Below are positions 37,254 through 45,021 of a stretch of DNA of 64,000 bases, piece by piece. The DNA is taken from the IMG/VR virus record IMGVR_UViG_3300030085_002643; one strand, given 5' to 3'. Every line of letters starts with the position of its first letter. Positions within the stretch are counted from its first letter, which is position 1. The notes beneath the pieces are model-generated. The model saw nothing but the letters and a program-made list of their open reading frames with translations. It made no database searches and had not been told where the DNA came from. Source of the stretch: an uncultured virus (IMG/VR IMGVR_UViG_3300030085_002643) (taxonomy: Duplodnaviria > Heunggongvirae > Uroviricota > Caudoviricetes > Kyanoviridae). The translations under genes were made by a program, and so were the position numbers.

Positions 37254-39535
37254 AAGAACTTCATGTTGTAAAACGAGATGGAGAAAAAGAAGTCATGAAC
37301 CTAGATAAGGTTCATGCTATGGTAGAACACGCTTGCAATGGTCTTGCAGGGGTGTCTGAATCGCATGTTGAAATGAATTCAAACTTGCAATTTTTTGATG
37401 GCATTAAGACAGCAGATATCCAAGAGATTCTGATTCGGTCTGCTAATGATTTGATCTCCTTAGAGGCACCCAACTATCAGTTTGTTGCTGCTCGTCTTCT
37501 GCTGTTTGGTCTTCGTAAGCAAGTTTATAATGGTCACCCTGATGGTCATCCACCTTTACTAGAGCACGTCAAAAAGTGTGTAGGAAAAGGTGTGTATGAT
37601 GGTGGTATTCTTTCCATGTATACTACTGAAGAGTGGGAGAAACTGAATAGTTACATCGACCATGATCGTGACTATCTGTTCACATACGCTGGCATTCGTC
37701 AAGTCACCGATAAATATCTCGTACAAGATCGTTCTACAGGAGAGATCTACGAAACGCCACAGTTCATGTATATGATGGTGGCAGCAACTTTATTCCAGAG
37801 CGATGATAAGTTTTATCGTTTGGAGTATGTAAAAAAATACTATGACGCAATCTCAAAACACAGACTCAACATCCCGACGCCAATTATGGCAGGAGTGCGT
37901 ACGCCACTCAGACAATTTGCAAGCTGTGTTCTTGTGGATGTTGATGACACCCTCGATAGCATTTTTAGCAGTGACATGGCTATTGGCTACTATGTTAGTC
38001 AAAGGGCAGGCATCGGTATCAACGCAGGCAGAATCCGTGGCATCAACAGTAAAATCAGAGGTGGAGAAGTTCAACACACAGGTGTTGTCCCTTTCCTCAA
38101 AAAGTTTGAAAGCACTGTCAGATGCTGCACTCAAAATGGCATCAGAGGTGGATCAGCGACTGTCCACTTCCCAATCTGGCACGCAGAAATAGAGGACATT
38201 CTAGTCCTTAAAAATAATAAAGGAACTGAAGATAATCGTGTTCGCAAACTAGACTACAGTATTCAAATTTCTAAACTGTTCTATGAACGATTCATCGCAA
38301 ACAGTGTCATCTCGCTCTTCAGCCCTCACGATGTGCCAGGTCTGTATGATGCTTTTGGGACTGATGACTTTGACGAGTTATATTGCGATGCTGAACAGAA
38401 TGACCTTATTCCGAGAAAGACTGTCAATGCTCAAAAATTATTTCTTGACCTTCTGAAGGAGAGAGCAGAGACTGGTCGTATGTACATCATGAACATCGAC
38501 CACTGCAATACTCACTCGTCCTTTAAGGACAAGGTGAATATGAGTAACCTGTGTCAAGAAATCACCTTACCTACAGATCCTATTCAGCATATTGATGGGG
38601 GTGGTGAGATTGCCTTGTGCATTCTCTCTGCTATCAACGTAGGTAAGTTGAAGAACCTTGACGAACTTGATGAACTATGTGAACTTGCTGTTCGTGGTCT
38701 TGATGCTTTGATTGATTATCAGCACTATCCTGTTGCTGCTGCAAAACAAAGCACTATCAATCGTCGTTCTTTAGGTATTGGTTACATTGGTTTGGCACAT
38801 TATCTTGCTAAGCATGGTGCCAACTATGATTCTCAGAAGGCACATGATCTGGTTCACAAACTCACTGAGCGGTTCCAGTATGCTCTTCTGACAGCATCTA
38901 ATCGTATGGCAATGGAGAAGGGTCCTTGCGGTTATTTTGGTAAAACCAAATACGCTGATGGAATTCTTCCTATCGATACATATAAGAAGGAAGTGGATGA
39001 AATTGTACCGAATGACCTTTCATGTGATTGGGAGTATCTCAGGGGACGCATTGTGGAATACGGGTTGCGACACAGCACTCTGTCCGCACAAATGCCTTCG
39101 GAGAGCAGTTCCGTTGTGTCAAATGCAACAAATGGAATCGAACCTCCTCGCGACTACCTGTCCGTTAAGAAGAGTAAGAAAGGACCCCTTAAACAGATTG
39201 TTCCGTCTTACAACTCGCTTAAGAACAACTACACCCTCCTTTGGGACATGCACAACAACGACGGATACATCAAAGTCACCGCCGTAATGCAGAAGTTCTT
39301 TGATCAGGCAATCAGTGGTAACTGGAGTTACAATCCAGAAAACTATTCTGACAATGAAGTGCCTGTATCAGAAATGGCAAAAGATCTTTTAACTACATAC
39401 AAATACGGTTGGAAGACTTCATATTATCAAAACACATATGATGCTAAAAAAGATGGTGACGACGAAAATGTCGATAAACTGATTAACGAACTACTCACCA
39501 CGGAGGAAGAAGATTGTGACAGTTGCAAGGTCTGA
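37250..39535 (+). CDS. nrdA: Class Ia ribonucleotide reductase alpha subunit
   Basis: ATP cone VVKRDG, QFASC, SNLCQEI, C-terminal CDSC. Confidence 0.98.
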   Translation: MKELHVVKRDGEKEVMNLDKVHAMVEHACNGLAGVSESHVEMNSNLQFFDGIKTADIQEILIRSANDLISLEAPNYQFVAARLLLFGLRKQVYNGHPDGHPPLLEHVKKCVGKGVYDGGILSMYTTEEWEKLNSYIDHDRDYLFTYAGIRQVTDKYLVQDRSTGEIYETPQFMYMMVAATLFQSDDKFYRLEYVKKYYDAISKHRLNIPTPIMAGVRTPLRQFASCVLVDVDDTLDSIFSSDMAIGYYVSQRAGIGINAGRIRGINSKIRGGEVQHTGVVPFLKKFESTVRCCTQNGIRGGSATVHFPIWHAEIEDILVLKNNKGTEDNRVRKLDYSIQISKLFYERFIANSVISLFSPHDVPGLYDAFGTDDFDELYCDAEQNDLIPRKTVNAQKLFLDLLKERAETGRMYIMNIDHCNTHSSFKDKVNMSNLCQEITLPTDPIQHIDGGGEIALCILSAINVGKLKNLDELDELCELAVRGLDALIDYQHYPVAAAKQSTINRRSLGIGYIGLAHYLAKHGANYDSQKAHDLVHKLTERFQYALLTASNRMAMEKGPCGYFGKTKYADGILPIDTYKKEVDEIVPNDLSCDWEYLRGRIVEYGLRHSTLSAQMPSESSSVVSNATNGIEPPRDYLSVKKSKKGPLKQIVPSYNSLKNNYTLLWDMHNNDGYIKVTAVMQKFFDQAISGNWSYNPENYSDNEVPVSEMAKDLLTTYKYGWKTSYYQNTYDAKKDGDDENVDKLINELLTTEEEDCDSCKV

Positions 39536-40679
39536 TAGAGAAGTAAAAGGAATGACAGTATTTAACAAGAACAAAGTGAATACCAAGAAGCAACCTATGT
39601 TTTTTGGACAACCTCTGGGAGTTCAGAGGTATGACGAATATAAGTATCCAGTATTTGATAAACTAACTCAGCAACAACTGGGTTATTTCTGGAGACCAGA
39701 AGAAGTATCCTTACAAAAAGATCGTAGTGATTACCAAACTCTATCGCCTGAGCAAAAGCATATCTTCACCAGCAATCTTAAATACCAAATCATGCTGGAT
39801 AGCGTACAAGGGCGTGGTCCTGGGATGGCTTTTATCCCATACTGCTCACTACCTGAGTTAGAAGCATGTATGACTGTGTGGGAGTTTATGGAGATGATCC
39901 ATAGTCGCTCCTATACCTACATCATCAAGAACGTATATCCTGATCCTGGTGAAGTGTTTGATACTATTCTCGATGATGAGAATGTTATGGAACGTGCTAG
40001 TAGCGTTACAGAATCATATGATGACTTTATCAACCATGCTCATGAATATGATAATGGACAGATGTGGGATCTTGCAAGAGATGGACACACCACTGGCATG
40101 TACGATCGTCATGAGTTGAAACGTAAACTCTATAGGGCAGTCGCTAATGTCAACATCCTCGAAGGAATCCGTTTCTATGTTTCGTTTGCGTGCTCGTTTG
40201 CTTTTGGCGAGAATAAACTTATGGNNNNNNNNNNGATTCTCTCTCTTATCGCTAGAGATGAAAGCCAACACCTGGTTATCACGCAAAATATCCTCAGGAA
40301 ATGGAAAGAAGGGGATGACCCCGAAATGAAAGAAATTGCTAAGGAAGAGAAAGGTTGGGTTCAACATATGTTTGAACGAACTGTCAACGAAGAAAAAGTT
40401 TGGGCAGACTATCTCTTCAAGCAAGGTAGTATGATTGGTCTCAATGATCGTCTTCTACACAACTATGTCGAGTGGATTGCAAATCGTAGGATGAAGTCTA
40501 TTGGTCTTGATCCTATGTTTGACATCCCCGCAAAGAACAACCCTCTTCCTTGGACTGAGCACTGGCTCAACTCTAAGGGTCAACAAAACGCACCACAAGA
40601 AACGGAGATTGAAAGTTATGTCGTCGGAGGAATCAAACAAGATGTCGAAGCAAGTACCTTCGCAGGATTTTCTCTCTGA
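39516..40679 (+). CDS. nrdB: Ribonucleotide reductase beta subunit (contains N gap)
   Basis: FWRPEE, EMIHSRSY, LEGIRFYVSF, RDESQH, APQETE. Confidence 0.97.
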   Translation: MTVARSDREVKGMTVFNKNKVNTKKQPMFFGQPLGVQRYDEYKYPVFDKLTQQQLGYFWRPEEVSLQKDRSDYQTLSPEQKHIFTSNLKYQIMLDSVQGRGPGMAFIPYCSLPELEACMTVWEFMEMIHSRSYTYIIKNVYPDPGEVFDTILDDENVMERASSVTESYDDFINHAHEYDNGQMWDLARDGHTTGMYDRHELKRKLYRAVANVNILEGIRFYVSFACSFAFGENKLMXXXXILSLIARDESQHLVITQNILRKWKEGDDPEMKEIAKEEKGWVQHMFERTVNEEKVWADYLFKQGSMIGLNDRLLHNYVEWIANRRMKSIGLDPMFDIPAKNNPLPWTEHWLNSKGQQNAPQETEIESYVVGGIKQDVEASTFAGFSL

Positions 40680-40920
40680 TGTAGAATGGGATCCTCGTCG
40701 AGACTTCTTCAATGAAGTCTTAGACCATCAAGGTCAATTCGAGAATCCCCATGCCGAACTTCTTTGGGAAGCAGAGAAGAAAAAGGCACTACAGGAACAG
40801 ATGAGGAACACACGACACAGTGTTGATAAGAGTCAAGACTTTATTGACAGTGGTATGACTCTTATTACAGATCCAGAATCAGACAAATACTTAAGGAATA
40901 CCAAAACGGTATCAGACTGA
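40618..40920 (+). CDS. Hypothetical protein (start uncertain)
   Basis: ORF overlapping the nrdB end; DFIDSGMTLITDPESDKYL. Confidence 0.6.
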   Translation: MSSEESNKMSKQVPSQDFLSDVEWDPRRDFFNEVLDHQGQFENPHAELLWEAEKKKALQEQMRNTRHSVDKSQDFIDSGMTLITDPESDKYLRNTKTVSD

Positions 40921-40927
40921 ACTACAT

Positions 40928-40956
40928 TTGTCAGGATTTCATGTTATAAATATAAA
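40928..40956 (+). promoter_or_regulatory. Overlapping sigma70-like and T4 late promoters
   Basis: TTGTCA-17-TATAAA, and TATAAATA at 40945-40952. Confidence 0.65.
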
Positions 40957-40960
40957 GTAG

Positions 40961-40974
40961 GTAACAATCGTTAC
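40961..40974. promoter_or_regulatory. Candidate NtcA box in a repressor-type position
   Basis: GTA-ACAATCGT-TAC equals GTA-N8-TAC, within palindrome GGTAAC/GTTACC, over the predicted TSS. Confidence 0.45.
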
Positions 40975-40980
40975 CAAATA

Positions 40981-41024
40981 CGTTCATCCTGAACATTTTC
41001 AGGACGCAAGTAAGTCGCGGAACG
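40981..41024 (+). ncRNA. Glutamine-II (Downstream-peptide)-like aptamer 1
   Basis: P1 CGTTC/GAACG, P2 TCCTGAA/TTCAGGA, core CGCAAG. Confidence 0.7.
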
Positions 41025-41027
41025 GAG

Positions 41028-41206
41028 CGTTCATCCCATGTTTGATCTATTACTTTATTCTGGTATTCATTGCACTGATGCTTCTGATATAATCAGACGT
41101 ATGGAGGCAAAGGATAATATGAATGAAGCGGTCAAGGCGGAACTGATTGAAGTAATTCAAGATGCAACGCCTGAATGTAACTGGGACGCAAACGACTAAA
41201 GGAACG
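41028..41206 (+). ncRNA. Glutamine-II (Downstream-peptide)-like aptamer 2 with a long P2 loop
   Basis: CGTTCATCCCA...TGGGACGCAAACGACTAAAGGAACG; CGACT is complementary to AGTCG of aptamer 1. Confidence 0.7.
41038..41199 (+). CDS. 53-aa peptide nested inside aptamer 2 (not in ORF track)
   Basis: MFDLLLYSGIHCTDASDIIRRMEAKDNMNEAVKAELIEVIQDATPECNWDAND; GGAG Shine-Dalgarno at 41024-41027. Confidence 0.7.
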   Translation: MFDLLLYSGIHCTDASDIIRRMEAKDNMNEAVKAELIEVIQDATPECNWDAND

Positions 41207-41239
41207 GGCCTAAAAATCCAACTACTTTAGGAGTAAACA

Positions 41240-41383
41240 ATGACTATCATCACTTATCGCGGCATCAAATATGATGCTGAAGGATACAAAGCAAAGGTTC
41301 TCGCTGAACAGGATCAGAATCGCAACCATGAACTCATGTATCGTGGAATCAAAGTAGAGCGTAAGTTCGCCTCTAAATCCTGA
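41240..41383 (+). CDS. DUF4278-like YRG-motif peptide (47 aa; not in ORF track)
   Basis: MTIITYRGIKYDAEGYKAKVLAEQDQNRNHELMYRGIKVERKFASKS; AGGAG Shine-Dalgarno. Confidence 0.8.
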   Translation: MTIITYRGIKYDAEGYKAKVLAEQDQNRNHELMYRGIKVERKFASKS

Positions 41384-41391
41384 GGAGTACA

Positions 41392-41556
41392 ATGCTCAAG
41401 ATAAAACTTGAGTGGAATTACGACCTACCTGATTATGATCCTGAAAAACACGATCCACCTAAAACTTTTGCCTTCTTGACTTATCGTGGAGTGCATTATG
41501 CTAAATGGGTTAATCTAAAACCCTTTGAATTACCTCCATGGAGAGTAACATCTTAA
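41392..41556 (+). CDS. Second YRG-motif peptide (54 aa; not in ORF track)
   Basis: MLKIKLEWNYDLPDYDPEKHDPPKTFAFLTYRGVHYAKWVNLKPFELPPWRVTS; GAGGAG Shine-Dalgarno. Confidence 0.75.
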   Translation: MLKIKLEWNYDLPDYDPEKHDPPKTFAFLTYRGVHYAKWVNLKPFELPPWRVTS

Positions 41557-41572
41557 GTGTTAAGATCGTAAC

Positions 41573-41597
41573 AAAGCACCCATTAGGGTGCTTTTTT
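41573..41597 (+). terminator. Rho-independent terminator
   Basis: AAGCACCC/GGGTGCTT stem plus T run. Confidence 0.85.
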
Positions 41598-41634
41598 GTT
41601 AGAATAAATAAGCTTAACTATGCTTAGGAGCGTC

Positions 41635-42300
41635 ATGAAAATTTTTCTGGACTGCTCTGATGCCGAGACTATTGCCAATGCTTATGAGACGGGTTTAATT
41701 GACGGCGTAACTACCAACCCCTCTCTTATGAAAAAAGCAGGACAAGATCCGTTGGAAGTGATTAAGGAAATTTCCGAGATCTTTCCATGGAATGCTTCCA
41801 TCTCTGCCGAAGTGGTCGGACAGACCGCTGAAGAAATGCTAGACATGGCAGAGCAGTATATCGACATTGGACCAAACATTACAATCAAAGTACCATGCAC
41901 CATAGAAGGTCTCAAGGCATGTAGAGACCTCACTAACGATGAAGTTAGTGTAAATGTCACCTTAGTTTTTTCAACAGCACAAGCAATCCTTGCATCTAAA
42001 GCAGGGGCAACATATGTTTCACCATTCGTAGGAAGAGTATACGATAACTCTTTCGACGGGATTAAACTAATTGAGGAGATTGCAGATGTATTTGCCACAC
42101 ACGGACGAGACACTAAAGTTCTCGCTGCATCAGTTAGGGAAGTTCAGCAAGTATCCTCTTCTTTTAGAGTGGGAGCTGATATTTGTACTCTCCCTATTCC
42201 CGTTTTTAATAAAATGTATAACCATGTTCTGACCGATAAAGGTTTGGAACAATTTGACAAAGACTGGCAGGAACTTCAAGGATGTCTGACGAAGAACTAA
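41635..42300 (+). CDS. talC: Transaldolase (TalC type)
   Basis: MKIFLD, DGVTTNPSL, ITIKVP, YVSPFVGR, LAASVR. Confidence 0.96.
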   Translation: MKIFLDCSDAETIANAYETGLIDGVTTNPSLMKKAGQDPLEVIKEISEIFPWNASISAEVVGQTAEEMLDMAEQYIDIGPNITIKVPCTIEGLKACRDLTNDEVSVNVTLVFSTAQAILASKAGATYVSPFVGRVYDNSFDGIKLIEEIADVFATHGRDTKVLAASVREVQQVSSSFRVGADICTLPIPVFNKMYNHVLTDKGLEQFDKDWQELQGCLTKN

Positions 42301-42479
42301 AAAATCCGTACCCGCCCTCAGGTAGAGGGCAAATGAAAAAGATCGACATTGAACCAAGGATCTTTAGACTCAAACATGAACTCTATGATGAACATGGTGG
42401 TGCGAGTGATGAATGGAAATCAGGAGCACACTATACTCTTAATAGAGTTCTAATGATATTACAGGAATACTATTCATGA
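42282..42479 (+). CDS. Conserved hypothetical protein
   Basis: LKHELY...W..GAH..LN.VL pattern. Confidence 0.7.
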   Translation: MSDEELKNPYPPSGRGQMKKIDIEPRIFRLKHELYDEHGGASDEWKSGAHYTLNRVLMILQEYYS

Positions 42480-42643
42480 AAAAAAGAAACCTTAAAGTTC
42501 TTATTCACGATATAGAAATCGCACTCGCTGAACTAAAGAGTGAAGTGTATGCTGACGCTGATGCTTATCGTATAAGTAGTGATAACACGGATAGGCACAC
42601 TACATATCGTGACATCAACGACGACGACGGAATTTGCGACTGA
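42476..42643 (+). CDS. Small conserved hypothetical protein (55 aa; not in ORF track)
   Basis: MKKRNLKVLIHDIEIALAELKSEVYADADAY...DDDGICD. Confidence 0.7.
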   Translation: MKKRNLKVLIHDIEIALAELKSEVYADADAYRISSDNTDRHTTYRDINDDDGICD

Positions 42644-43003
42644 TTATGAAAACCCCTGGATTTTTAATGGATACCCTTTTTTATCTGAGAACATTGACGA
42701 CCATTTCGGTTTTGTCTATTGCATTACAAACACACTCACTGGTAAAAGATACATCGGAAGAAAATACTTTCACCAATTACGAAAACNNNNNNNNNNACTG
42801 AAGATCGCAAACAGTTCGGAAATCTGGTCTTCAAACGAGACATTTTAAGCCTACATAAATCTAAGGGACTCACAAACTTTGAAGAGACCCGACAACTTTT
42901 TCTCAACAATGTACTTACGGAGGCGATGTCAGATGGGACACCTGCATTTTACAATTCAAACATTCTTGGTAGGTACATGCGTAAAGACTATTTCAATACT
43001 TGA
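42579..43003 (+). CDS. GIY-YIG endonuclease (EndoII/DenA-like), interrupted by N gap; start uncertain
   Basis: GFVYCITN...RYIGRK; after the gap FKRDILSLHK...EETRQLF...FYNSNILGRY. Confidence 0.8.
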
Positions 43004-43028
43004 CCACTGCTAATCAATCTGCTATAAT
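43000..43028 (+). promoter_or_regulatory. Sigma70-like promoter
   Basis: TTGACC-17-TATAAT with extended TG. Confidence 0.7.
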
Positions 43029-43054
43029 TACAGGGTAGTCAAGGGGGTTCTCCA

Positions 43055-43195
43055 ATGGACGAAGAGTTCAATGACATTGAAGACGCAATGTTCGATATTT
43101 TTATCGACCAGTTGCATCAGATGGCCGAGCTCGAAGAGGAAAACCTTGATAACCTCTGGGTCAGTAGCTCAGCGGATAGAGCAACTGCCTTCTAA
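43055..43195 (+). CDS. Small acidic peptide (46 aa) reading into the tRNA
   Basis: MDEEFNDIEDAMFDIFIDQLHQMAELEEENLDNLWVSSSADRATAF; GGGGG upstream; stop codon lies in the anticodon loop. Confidence 0.5.
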   Translation: MDEEFNDIEDAMFDIFIDQLHQMAELEEENLDNLWVSSSADRATAF

Positions 43196-43230
43196 GCAGT
43201 CGGTCGTAGGTTCGATCCCTACCTGACCCG
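43158..43230 (+). tRNA. tRNA-Arg (TCT), CCA not encoded
   Basis: Acceptor GGGTCAG/CTGACCC, D arm GCTC/GAGC, anticodon stem ACTGC/GCAGT with loop CTTCTAA, T arm GTAGG-TTCGATC-CCTAC. Confidence 0.95.
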
Positions 43231-43274
43231 TTGCCCCATCACAGGGCATATGGTCCACTATAAGGTAAAATCTT

Positions 43275-43487
43275 ATGACTACAGCACAACGATTCTCGTC
43301 TTGTCTCGATATCCTTACTGATGCCGTTGACAGACAAATCATACTTGACACTGAGTATCCTATCCTTTATAATCAAGTTGTGAAATTTTTTGAGGAGAAA
43401 GGAGTCGATTTCTATGGTGATGTAGATGAGGATTATGATATTCTCCTCAACAAACTTGAACAGGACCTTTTTTATTATGACAGTTGA
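43275..43487 (+). CDS. Conserved hypothetical protein
   Basis: AAGG Shine-Dalgarno; GVDFYGDVDEDY. Confidence 0.75.
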   Translation: MTTAQRFSSCLDILTDAVDRQIILDTEYPILYNQVVKFFEEKGVDFYGDVDEDYDILLNKLEQDLFYYDS

Positions 43488-43731
43488 AACCATTTATGAG
43501 CGGCATCCATACCGCTATGTGTCAGTCGGGACTCTCCCTAACGGGTTTCCCGACTATCGTATCCAGAAGTTCAACGACTGGACACAACGTTACAAAGACA
43601 TGTATCTTCTAGACAATTCTACACAGTTAGACTATGCCATGGAAGATTTTGAATACACAAAATGGTTAGACCCCGATCCCGAAGTCTATGCCTATGCTGG
43701 AATTCGGGATTCTGTTTCTTCTTACAATTGA
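43477..43731 (+). CDS. Conserved hypothetical protein
   Basis: ERHPYRYV...DYRIQK...EDFEYTKWLDP. Confidence 0.78.
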   Translation: MTVETIYERHPYRYVSVGTLPNGFPDYRIQKFNDWTQRYKDMYLLDNSTQLDYAMEDFEYTKWLDPDPEVYAYAGIRDSVSSYN

Positions 43732-43735
43732 CGCT

Positions 43736-44002
43736 ATGAATTCTTATCAAAAAGCAGCGGATGCTCTCAAAGATGCAGTCAAGTCTGCACTAGACGACAA
43801 CGTTGACGCTAATCTTCAGAGTGAAATCTGGCGTCATTATCAAGGAATGGAAAACATTGCCAAGCAACTAGAAGGCGTAGGAGTGTACAATCCTGATTTT
43901 AATATCAGTATTGATTCTTCAAACTCCTACGACTTTGTTCTGGCAGGAGAACCAGTGAAGCTTGATTTCAGTGCTTCATCAGATGTTGTCACGTTCTCCT
44001 AG
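43736..44002 (+). CDS. Conserved hypothetical protein
   Basis: SEIWRHYQGM...SSDVVTFS. Confidence 0.72.
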   Translation: MNSYQKAADALKDAVKSALDDNVDANLQSEIWRHYQGMENIAKQLEGVGVYNPDFNISIDSSNSYDFVLAGEPVKLDFSASSDVVTFS

Positions 44003-44071
44003 TCTTTGCCAATAGACTATAAACTAGATGGTTTTAGGCGCGAAAGCAACTTATACTTTAGTTCCTAGCAG

Positions 44072-44096
44072 AGCACCCATAATGGGTGCTTTTTTA
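44072..44096 (+). terminator. Rho-independent terminator
   Basis: AGCACCCAT/ATGGGTGCT stem plus T run. Confidence 0.85.
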
Positions 44097-44127
44097 TTGG
44101 ATTCAAAATCTTAATATTTGAAAGGGC

Positions 44128-44156
44128 TTGACAAATGTAAAAATATTATATATAAT
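44128..44156 (+). promoter_or_regulatory. Consensus sigma70 promoter for the hli cluster
   Basis: TTGACA-17-TATAAT. Confidence 0.85.
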
Positions 44157-44180
44157 GTAACAGTTCTTAACAAATGACAC

Positions 44181-44399
44181 ATGACCGTCACAACTAATGA
44201 ACGCGGGCAGATCAATATGTTCGCCAATGAACCTCAGATGTACATCTCAAAGACCGACGCTGAGCGTTATGGTTATGAGACATATGCAGAACGTGCAGAG
44301 AAACTCAATGGTCGCGTAGCGATGCTTGGTTTCGTTGCAGGAGTTGTTTCCTACGCTTTTAGCGGAAGCATCTTCTTCTTTGGTGCCTTCGGCATCTAA
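44181..44399 (+). CDS. hli: High-light-inducible protein
   Basis: AEKLNGRVAMLGF chlorophyll-binding motif. Confidence 0.93.
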   Translation: MTVTTNERGQINMFANEPQMYISKTDAERYGYETYAERAEKLNGRVAMLGFVAGVVSYAFSGSIFFFGAFGI

Positions 44400-44432
44400 T
44401 TCAATTACTAACCCTTACACCCAATCAAAAAA

Positions 44433-44540
44433 ATGACTCCAGAAGCAGAAAGATTTAACGGATGGGCAGCAATGCTTGGTTTCGTAGCAGCAGTAGGCGC
44501 TTATGTAACTACAGGTCAGATCATTCCTGGCATTTTCTAA
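44433..44540 (+). CDS. hli: High-light-inducible protein (35 aa; not in ORF track)
   Basis: MTPEAERFNGWAAMLGFVAAVGAYVTTGQIIPGIF. Confidence 0.95.
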   Translation: MTPEAERFNGWAAMLGFVAAVGAYVTTGQIIPGIF

Positions 44541-44722
44541 TGTTAGAAGCAGATTATCAGACTTGGTTTATGACTATGTTATTTCCATTTATGCCTGTCA
44601 TAATGGTATTCTTAGCAAGTTTTATCCTGCTTGGTGATCTTCCTTTTAATGATGACGATGATGATGACGATCAAGGTGGGGGTTTGCTGATACCAGCATT
44701 CGCCCCAGCACCCTCAGCATAA
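44540..44722 (+). CDS. Small membrane protein with poly-Asp GGG motif
   Basis: TM segment then NDDDDDDDQGGGLLIP; TAATG coupling. Confidence 0.7.
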   Translation: MLEADYQTWFMTMLFPFMPVIMVFLASFILLGDLPFNDDDDDDDQGGGLLIPAFAPAPSA

Positions 44723-44750
44723 ATAAAAACTCTCCTCACACATAAATACT

Positions 44751-44837
44751 ATGGCACTATTAGCAACAGCTGGTATATGCATAGCAGCATTTACTGCAGC
44801 AGCATTAATGACACAATCAGGAGAGCAAGATGCCTAA
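44751..44837 (+). CDS. Tiny hydrophobic peptide (28 aa)
   Basis: MALLATAGICIAAFTAAALMTQSGEQDA after CATAAATA elements. Confidence 0.5.
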   Translation: MALLATAGICIAAFTAAALMTQSGEQDA

Positions 44838-44976
44838 CCCAAATGCACTCTATGAAGACATGGAAACTCTGAACATGTTATATGAAGAGTTATGCTGGGA
44901 CCCTGATGATGAATTAGAATTTAAAGCGGACTACAAAAACAATCAAATTATAATTAAAATTAAAGAGGAGGGGTAA
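44830..44976 (+). CDS. Small hypothetical protein (48 aa)
   Basis: MPNPNALYEDMETLNMLYEELCWDPDDELEF...; GGAG Shine-Dalgarno. Confidence 0.65.
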   Translation: MPNPNALYEDMETLNMLYEELCWDPDDELEFKADYKNNQIIIKIKEEG

Positions 44977-44990
44977 CCCCCTCTTTTTTT
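44968..44990 (+). terminator. Rho-independent terminator
   Basis: GAGGGG/CCCCTC stem plus T run. Confidence 0.8.
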
Positions 44991-45021
44991 ATACATAGTG
45001 TGATGAGAACTCGTAGTAATT

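Noticed and set aside
41573..44096. Two near-identical AGCACCCAT..GGGTGCT hairpins as possible mobile-element ends
   Set aside because: Both are ordinary terminators with T runs; no transposase or target-site duplication is evident
44729..44742. TCTCCTCACAC, a near match to the Yfr1 sRNA core ACTCCTCACAC
   Set aside because: One mismatch and no flanking stem-loops; it lies in a 28-nt intergenic gap, so it is not supportable as Yfr1
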